DNA of 31,388 nucleotides from an uncultured Candidatus Poseidoniales archaeon (GTDB taxonomy: Archaea > Thermoplasmatota > Poseidoniia > Poseidoniales > CAYMED01), in assembly GCA_964389655.1 (NCBI GenBank), contig CAYMED010000007.1, forward strand, positions 1-31,388. The letters run 5' to 3'. The notes below the pieces were generated by a model. The model saw nothing but the letters and a program-made list of their open reading frames with translations, searched no databases and was not told where the DNA came from. Shown here in pieces: positions 26,101-31,388 of this stretch. Position 1 is the first letter of the stretch. Each line of letters opens with the position of its first letter. The translations under genes and the position numbers were made by a program.

Positions 26101-29100
26101 TGAAAATGCCACTTTGCGTGAGGCGTGGGTTGCGGTAAATGCAAATATCCCAGCTGGAGAAACAATTGACGTCAATGTAGGATTGTCCCCCTTAGCGACG
26201 CTATCTAGCGGGACTGGTGGGACAACACTTCTGTGGCTAGGACAGGCCCACATCAATGCCGCACATGCTGCCACCGCGTCGATTGATGCGTCGGGACGCT
26301 CTATGCGCACCGTTTCAATCACGTTCACCTCATCTATATCCCAAACCATTTCAATACCGTCAGTCATGTTTTCTTACGATTATTCTGAAAATCTGACAGC
26401 CATCTTAGACCCACTTCGTGCCGCTAGATCTGCGGGATTGGGAACTGATCCAATCGAACTTGCCGTACACGTTGCATCGACGCAAGGATCCATTGGAATC
26501 GATGGGGAGATTATGCATGAAGTCCTACTAATTGACCAATTTATCCACGCACCGGCCCCGCTTGTTCCAAACCGCTCATTATACACTGCAACTTCGAACC
26601 ACATCCACCTCTTCGATCCTGCAGACATTCAAAGCATCGATCTTGAGGTGCAGGCACCTGACGGAAGAACGGCTGCCACCGCCACATTGAGTGAACCATA
26701 TTCATCCCCTTCCTTTTCACAAACAGCTGGTTTTGACCTCATCGTGATCGATCCAAATGCATCTAGCGTATCTCCCGTCCCAGGCATGGTTGGAGATCTC
26801 GCAGTTACGCAATTCCAAGTAGATTGGGTGTTCTCCGTGCCGTGGGAAGCGAATGATTCGGGTGTCCTTTCATGGAAAGCAACATCCTTCAATCGGAGTG
26901 GGTATTCTGTAGATTCACCGGGATATGTATCGGGTAGCCCCTCAGCACCTGCACTTGAGAATGACCTTGAGATAGACACCTTCTTTGTCCATCGCTCAGA
27001 TGGTATGCAAGTTGCAATAGGTGGCGATCCGTTTCACATCTCCCCAAGTCAAGTGCTAAATTTGTCTGGAACCTTGCGCTTTGAGGGGCTTCCCACATTG
27101 GTTCCGAATGGAGGAGATGTGCAACTCATTGTTGTTATGGGAGAAGATGCATTTACAATCCCAGTAAAGGATGATGGCACTTGGGATGGACTAGTTACTG
27201 TACCTAGCGACATCCTAGACACTATACCCCAGGAGTCATTCATTTTGTTGCCTAATCTGGCAAATCTAGGCGGACTTTCAGGAGGACTAGGCGCAGAAGA
27301 TGTCACCGATTCGGCAAGAGGTATCGAGGCAGTCCTCGACCACTCATCTCCCGTTCTTTCGGCACTTAATGTCCAATTAGAGGGTCAATTCTTGGCCGCT
27401 GATGGGTTCGTATGGGACCCAGATGACACACTGGACATACACCTCACGATCGAGGATCCTGAAGCACTGGGGCCAAAAGTAACTTTGCACATGTGGCGAG
27501 AAGGAATTGATGGAAATGGTGACGCTGAAGCAGGCGAATATACCTCCATCTCAAAAGACTTGCAACGTGCTGGGCGAAGTGGGGTGGAGGAACTTGTCTT
27601 CCGAAGTCTTGACATTTCCTCGATGCCAACAAATGGGCGCCTCAGCCTGTGGTTTGAGGCAAATGATGAATCAGATCGAACACTGCAAAATGGAGGCGGC
27701 CCGGGATTTGACAATGATGCCGCAACCCTCCTAATTGCCACCAATGAACCAACCACAATCCGCGCAGATCTCTCCATCCTAAATGGGAGTGTAGGTGGCT
27801 GGATCCCTGCAGGACAGCCAATCGAATTTGGACTGGCTCTTCAAGATGCAAATGGTGTTGAAAGTTTAGATCGGATTGATGTTTACTTCGCTGGTTTGAC
27901 TGGTGACGAGACGGGTCACCTTGTCTTTGAGCCGATCCATAGTAGGGGCTGGGCCGAAGATGAATCGGGGATCTCTGTGCAGCGAACTTGGTTTGAAAAT
28001 GGAGAGGAGGATGTTGGGATTGCATGGTTTGAGATGACCTTAGACTGGGACATGGCATTGGGGAGTGCAATTGCAACCCACACCCCAGTCATCTCAATTA
28101 CAGACACGGGATCAGATACAATCGATGGAATTGAACTCACTGCTATCAATTGGAAACTTGACCGAACTCTTGAATTGAAGATTGAAGACATGCGGATTTT
28201 TGGCCAGCCAGATTCATCTTGGGATGGACATCGCATGCAAGTGAAACCGGGTGCACGTCTTGCGATCGACGGGAGCATGCAATTTTCTCAAACTGGGCTG
28301 AAGCCCCATGAATACCCTCCAAACCTAACCATAAGTGGGGATCTAGATTACCCAAATGATCCTATTGAAAAGATTGCCCAAATTGGTAGCAATGGCACAT
28401 TTACAGTAACAATCCCAATGCACAACTATTCGCTCCCTCCTGAATCATCAATTGTAGATTTATTCCTACATGGAGAAACTACGGCAGAGAAAGTGGCTTT
28501 TGTGATGTCTGCTGAATCAGAAATTCATGTCGACAGCAAGGCACCAATTCTGACAATCTCCTCCAATCTTGCTAATCGCCTCCCTAGTGATGGTCTCGAT
28601 TCCATCTCAATCGAAGTGAGGATTCGGGAGGCTGGTTTGATGAAAGATGGACTCAGACTCATGTATCAGGTTGAAAGAACAAATGGCATCATTGTACCAC
28701 TAATCCCTGAACAATTGGATCTCCCCCTTCTAGGCCACATCGGAGATGAATGGACTTATGCAAAAATTCTCAATTTAAATCCAAAAGACCACATTTGGGA
28801 AGATGGAGATCTTCTCATAATTTGGTTTGAAGGATCTGATGCTGCTGGTTGGGGGTTAGATGCCGTTCAAGGATCTTCATCAAAAAGCCCGATACGTGTT
28901 GCAATAGAGGTGGCAATTTACGACCTCTCATTCACGGGCCTAGTTGTAGAACCTGATTCCCCCGTTGCAGGAGACCCTGTGAAAATCCAGGTGCTCTTAG
29001 AAAATACTGGAAATCGAGAATCATGGTATAATATCACACTTCTTGAAACAAACCCAGATGGATCAGTTGATGAAATAGAATCCCTGAATATCACACTGAT

Positions 29101-29605
29101 CAAGAGTGGACGTATGCCTATTGAATTGACATATGAAACCTATCAGGCGGGAACGCCAATTCTCTCACTTAAGGTCGAAATGCCCCATAATGGCTCGTTT
29201 GAATTAACTCTCGACATGCCAAATGTTGCTTCTGCAAGCAGGCAGGTCGCTAGTGCAAGTGCCTCGGCCATGACCAGTATCGTCGGACTTGTCGTTGTGA
29301 TTCTGTTTGTAGTTACTGCACTGATTGTGGTCATTTTGCGCAAAGAAGATGAAGACGATGATGGAGACGAAGATGTATGGGCTGACGCTGTCCCTGCACT
29401 TGAGGCTGAGATGTGGGGGGCACATGTAGGGCAAAATGTGCCAACTGCATCTAGCCCACCCCCACCACCTAATGCCACTTCATCTGCCCCCACTGCTGAA
29501 TTGTTGTCACATGAGTTAACTTTGAACGCTGAACAGATCAAAACGTACATGGATGCGGGATGGAGTGCAGAGCAACTGAGAGAACACTATCGTCAAATTG
29601 ACTAG
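23120..29605 (+). CDS. Giant secreted, membrane-anchored surface protein (~2160 aa) with three jelly-roll (MAM/InhA/cleaved-adhesin-like) modules, Ig-like/CARDB domains, TM helix and acidic/Pro-rich tail
   Basis: Signal peptide RFRAAGAVLIMLLISPLAIA; many NxS/T sequons; modules ending GIWFDE, GALVDD and GWYLDD; CARDB-like P.AGD.V.I...LENTGN; TM IVGLVVVILFVVTALIVVIL followed by RKEDEDDDGDED. Confidence 0.85.
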   Translation: MHMNHSRFRAAGAVLIMLLISPLAIAAESHWQGTGPLPGASSGRTLTGWEVPDNATMLDAWLQVSNDQISDISDLEIWTVSDQPGNFSTGTTSDAVIDTIEQTLHLDYAPGSGFTEDFENLERQLPNELVAAGMNGSLWEPVNLSAGGTISANGSQAIGSGWGPGSGTAGDWVIASNPGADLPPGASLNLESAPIPLDPANKSNLIVEFELAYHLFTDSDTAGHGDGAWVEISYDNGTSWNWIEPLGGYNNTISSIAPVPNGASGPGFGVWASINYTSWTPVRLDIANQTIPPNASHAAFRLQVWSSYNSPSTRPGIWFDEFSVRVGSEPGTWFVGNTNGGYQNNEDASMYYPMDLSSVSNNTSLTLGMGLWWDLEGSSYDNLRVYVSKDNTTWTEVSSSGGIPGNSGLSVNSTTYFGESGGWVWFSAILPTGYAGDSSTWLKVNFQTDGSVTYGGGIIDGWEGALVDDVRVYPTSGGNPVVDEAFTSPSYAWHSPSTPTGSDEWQHLTTSGRGVLISYVENFENLAISPQGGWAILNQATDGWEIGAPDVSTYGPPSGPASGSNVVGVNLDGAYGSSQVATLTTPSIMIPTGSSATLSFNHWMCSENGYDAGTIFIEGNQSGRTHLNGTTGFYETTFTGINPTYNGLDVWDGSTHTAGPFGSCQQHAGGWANKNIRLSQWGGEEINVVFEFWSDSIISYDGWYLDDIALTLERFLPTGTWTSQLISVSELGSGFVDVEADIPAGTWVGLTVLDAGGVPISGFENLSMPASLANMDLDMNPQIQLRLEMGTNTVSLTPQIYNLTYGSARALRPSSTSANGWTTLGGLSYNSTTDLLENTAASAATITADYVASSRPISAINIEGRMTGTSVDILDRTGQVLASRSSGIGAIRLQDPVPGYAVRFNLGPSGNIGEARLNGTWHLPALNASIDIANDGSEEWSFPADPSRGHLGWQNRIHASSSLGGTTVPYPTMARSASISAGPAAPASIEVIIPENATLREAWVAVNANIPAGETIDVNVGLSPLATLSSGTGGTTLLWLGQAHINAAHAATASIDASGRSMRTVSITFTSSISQTISIPSVMFSYDYSENLTAILDPLRAARSAGLGTDPIELAVHVASTQGSIGIDGEIMHEVLLIDQFIHAPAPLVPNRSLYTATSNHIHLFDPADIQSIDLEVQAPDGRTAATATLSEPYSSPSFSQTAGFDLIVIDPNASSVSPVPGMVGDLAVTQFQVDWVFSVPWEANDSGVLSWKATSFNRSGYSVDSPGYVSGSPSAPALENDLEIDTFFVHRSDGMQVAIGGDPFHISPSQVLNLSGTLRFEGLPTLVPNGGDVQLIVVMGEDAFTIPVKDDGTWDGLVTVPSDILDTIPQESFILLPNLANLGGLSGGLGAEDVTDSARGIEAVLDHSSPVLSALNVQLEGQFLAADGFVWDPDDTLDIHLTIEDPEALGPKVTLHMWREGIDGNGDAEAGEYTSISKDLQRAGRSGVEELVFRSLDISSMPTNGRLSLWFEANDESDRTLQNGGGPGFDNDAATLLIATNEPTTIRADLSILNGSVGGWIPAGQPIEFGLALQDANGVESLDRIDVYFAGLTGDETGHLVFEPIHSRGWAEDESGISVQRTWFENGEEDVGIAWFEMTLDWDMALGSAIATHTPVISITDTGSDTIDGIELTAINWKLDRTLELKIEDMRIFGQPDSSWDGHRMQVKPGARLAIDGSMQFSQTGLKPHEYPPNLTISGDLDYPNDPIEKIAQIGSNGTFTVTIPMHNYSLPPESSIVDLFLHGETTAEKVAFVMSAESEIHVDSKAPILTISSNLANRLPSDGLDSISIEVRIREAGLMKDGLRLMYQVERTNGIIVPLIPEQLDLPLLGHIGDEWTYAKILNLNPKDHIWEDGDLLIIWFEGSDAAGWGLDAVQGSSSKSPIRVAIEVAIYDLSFTGLVVEPDSPVAGDPVKIQVLLENTGNRESWYNITLLETNPDGSVDEIESLNITLIKSGRMPIELTYETYQAGTPILSLKVEMPHNGSFELTLDMPNVASASRQVASASASAMTSIVGLVVVILFVVTALIVVILRKEDEDDDGDEDVWADAVPALEAEMWGAHVGQNVPTASSPPPPPNATSSAPTAELLSHELTLNAEQIKTYMDAGWSAEQLREHYRQID

Positions 29606-29648
29606 ACAACCATCAATAATCTGGCGCGACACGGTCGATTTGGTTCAC

Positions 29649-30011
29649 ATGGGTGTTGAGTTCGTAGATATCGCAGATGAAGAATGGCCGGATAACCCGG
29701 TGGAGATAACCGAAAGTGAGTATGATAGGGCAATTTCTCGCTGGCCAACTGCAGTTGTAGATTACTGGGCACCATGGTGTGGGCCTTGCCGTATGATCGC
29801 ACCTATTCTGGCAGAAATAGCTAAAGAATATCATGGGAAAGTCGCAATTTTAAAGATTAATGTGGACACGAACCCCAACTTGGCTGGACGGCTCGGCATA
29901 AGGTCAATTCCAACAGTGCACTTCATCAAAAATGGAGAAGTCGCAGACCAAATGATCGGAGCAGAGGCAAAAGCGGCAATTCAGAAGCGCATCTCCGCTC
30001 TTCTGGAGTAG
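29649..30011 (+). CDS. trxA: Thioredoxin
   Basis: VVDYWAPWCGPCR, KINVD, GIRSIPT, F.KNG; start placed at ATG 29649. Confidence 0.93.
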   Translation: MGVEFVDIADEEWPDNPVEITESEYDRAISRWPTAVVDYWAPWCGPCRMIAPILAEIAKEYHGKVAILKINVDTNPNLAGRLGIRSIPTVHFIKNGEVADQMIGAEAKAAIQKRISALLE

Positions 30012-30108
30012 AACATCATTGTTTCAAAACACCTCACTCACCTACTTTTTGGACTTGCATGGTTAATAACCCCACGAGCCGGAGAGTGGCTGACGACAGA
30101 GATCGTCA

Positions 30109-30297
30109 GTGGGGGATGGGACCTTGAATAACCGTGTGGATACAAAGAATGAAGTGGATCAATTAAGAGGCGAAATCGACGAACTGCGCAACATCGTATC
30201 CTCATTACTAAATGTAATTTTAGAAGAGGCTGATGGGCCAAGTTCAGGTTCCGCACCCAAGTTACCGGCTCATCCTCGCGTTGGATACTGTATGTGA
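30109..30297 (+). CDS. Small hypothetical coiled-coil protein
   Basis: Heptad-like EVDQLRGEIDELRNIVSSLLNVIL; fills the gap between trxA and the convergent rtcB; TTAATA upstream; start uncertain. Confidence 0.6.
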   Translation: MGDGTLNNRVDTKNEVDQLRGEIDELRNIVSSLLNVILEEADGPSSGSAPKLPAHPRVGYCM

Positions 30298-31245
30298 TCA
30301 TCCTTTCACAACAATCAGGGGCCTCATTCTTGCAACTGGGCGTGCCAATTCTGCGCCCACAGTCATTCGAATAACTTCATCCACATCCTTGTATGCATTA
30401 GGAGCCTCTTCAGAGAGGAGACGCGCAGTCTTGGCACGGACTTCAACACCATCATTCTGCAATTGCAGTTTCAATTCAGCAACATCGATTGATTTTCTAG
30501 CGGCTGTGCGACTTAATTGCCTACCAGCACCATGACAAGAAGATGAATATGCCTGATTAGCACCCTCCTTCGGACCTGCCAAGATCCACGAAGCACGCCC
30601 CATATCACCTGGAACTAGAACCGGTTGGCCAATCCCTCTGAAATCTTCGGCTAATTCGAGTGAATCGCCAGGGAATGCGCGGGTTGCTCCTTTCCGGTGA
30701 ACGCAACATACACAATTAGAGCCATGGACTGAATGAACCTCTTCTTTTGCAATATTATGTGCTACATCGTAAACAACTCTTGCTTCCCCATCCATCCCGA
30801 AATTCCTTGTTAACACATCCCTCAGCCGATGTGAAAGCACTGAACGATTGGCAAAAGCAAAATTTGCAGCTGACCTCATGGCACCCAAGTATGCTTGCCC
30901 CTCAATTGAATTAATAGGGGCTGCCGCAAGTTGGCGGTCGGGTAATACATGCCCATGGTGACGATGCTTCACACCCCCCTCATGTGGAATGTGATCTGCT
31001 TCAATCTCTTGCACAGATTCAGAGCACACTTGGTGTCCCAAACCTCGACTTCCCGAATGGATCATTGCGACGAGGGAACCTTCTGCAATCCCAAATGCCC
31101 TAGCAGCCTCATGGTCGTGGATTGACTCGACCGATTGAAGTTCAAGGAAATGATTTCCAGAACCTAATGTCCCAAGTTGCATGATTCCACGTTCTCGAGA
31201 TCGCTCACTCACAGGTCCTGCATTCTCGAGGCGCCCCCGGGGTTC
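30298..31245 (-). CDS. rtcB: RtcB RNA/tRNA-splicing ligase, C-terminal part (N-terminus absent)
   Basis: QLGTLGSGNHFLE, HSGSRGLGHQV, YDVAHNIAK, HRKGATRAF, PGDMG, SSCHGAGR, EEAP.AYKDVD.V, VKG. RtcB-like sequence stops near 31236-31250. Confidence 0.93.
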   Translation of the reverse strand, partial: EPRGRLENAGPVSERSRERGIMQLGTLGSGNHFLELQSVESIHDHEAARAFGIAEGSLVAMIHSGSRGLGHQVCSESVQEIEADHIPHEGGVKHRHHGHVLPDRQLAAAPINSIEGQAYLGAMRSAANFAFANRSVLSHRLRDVLTRNFGMDGEARVVYDVAHNIAKEEVHSVHGSNCVCCVHRKGATRAFPGDSLELAEDFRGIGQPVLVPGDMGRASWILAGPKEGANQAYSSSCHGAGRQLSRTAARKSIDVAELKLQLQNDGVEVRAKTARLLSEEAPNAYKDVDEVIRMTVGAELARPVARMRPLIVVKG

Positions 31246-31388
31246 AGGGCGAGTTGGGTCAGCGGGGGGCGGCGGGGGAGGGCAGAGCCGCAGGGAAGAC
31301 GCTGGTGAGAGGAGAAAGAAACAACCGGAGCCGTGGGGCGGCCCCAAGCTGAATCCGGACGCCGAGCCCTTCGTCGCGGACGACGAGG
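31240..31388. other. Foreign GC-rich segment / probable chimeric junction
   Basis: About 72% GC over 31231-31388 by my count versus ~50% elsewhere; the rtcB frame turns into non-RtcB poly-Pro sequence. Confidence 0.7.

Noticed and set aside
30298-31245. Functional linkage of rtcB to the odd tRNA-Pro as a dedicated splicing/repair module
   Set aside because: They are ~17 kb apart and RtcB is a near-universal archaeal housekeeping ligase, so proximity is uninformative.
31246-31347. Poly-Pro N-terminus of RtcB, or an intein, as implied by the ORF track
   Set aside because: No intein C-terminal His-Asn + Cys/Ser/Thr junction; it coincides with the GC shift and replaces essential RtcB sequence.
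1-31388. CRISPR array, integrase, transposase or prophage genes
   Set aside because: No regularly spaced repeats or recombinase/transposase motifs seen; composition looks uniform except for the last ~150 nt.

Overview
Archaeal chromosomal segment, most likely marine Thermoplasmatota (Marine Group II/Poseidoniales-like). This is inferred from the archaeal r-proteins S17e/L31e/L39e/S19e, archaeal GlyA, TrmB and RtcB, and giant secreted proteins with a C-terminal TM anchor. GC is roughly 50% by eye. The window is dense and mostly housekeeping: 5'-truncated glyA, a PepX/CocE lipoprotein, cysteine dioxygenase, PLP aminotransferase, trmJ plus an r-protein cluster, two very large surface proteins, a PqqD/RRE-like protein, FMN reductase, TPR protein, TrmB-V4R regulator, IscA, sodN-sodX, serA, dinB, thioredoxin and the 3' part of rtcB. 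Three features absent from the ORF track were read from the sequence: rpl39e (6425-6580), a 54-aa Cys-containing ORF coupled to the PqqD-like gene (12910-13074) and a degenerate tRNA-Pro(CGG) (13131-13204). The strongest leads are the microprotein + stand-alone RRE pair, a receptor-like surface protein with a cytoplasmic C4HC3 RING/PHD finger, an archaeal CDO with the eukaryote-type Cys/Tyr crosslink residues, the mis-paired tRNA and the TrmB-V4R fusion. The last ~150 nt are ~72% GC, look foreign and probably mark a chimeric junction inside rtcB. No CRISPR array, integrase or transposase was seen. All family calls come from motif recognition; no database search was run.
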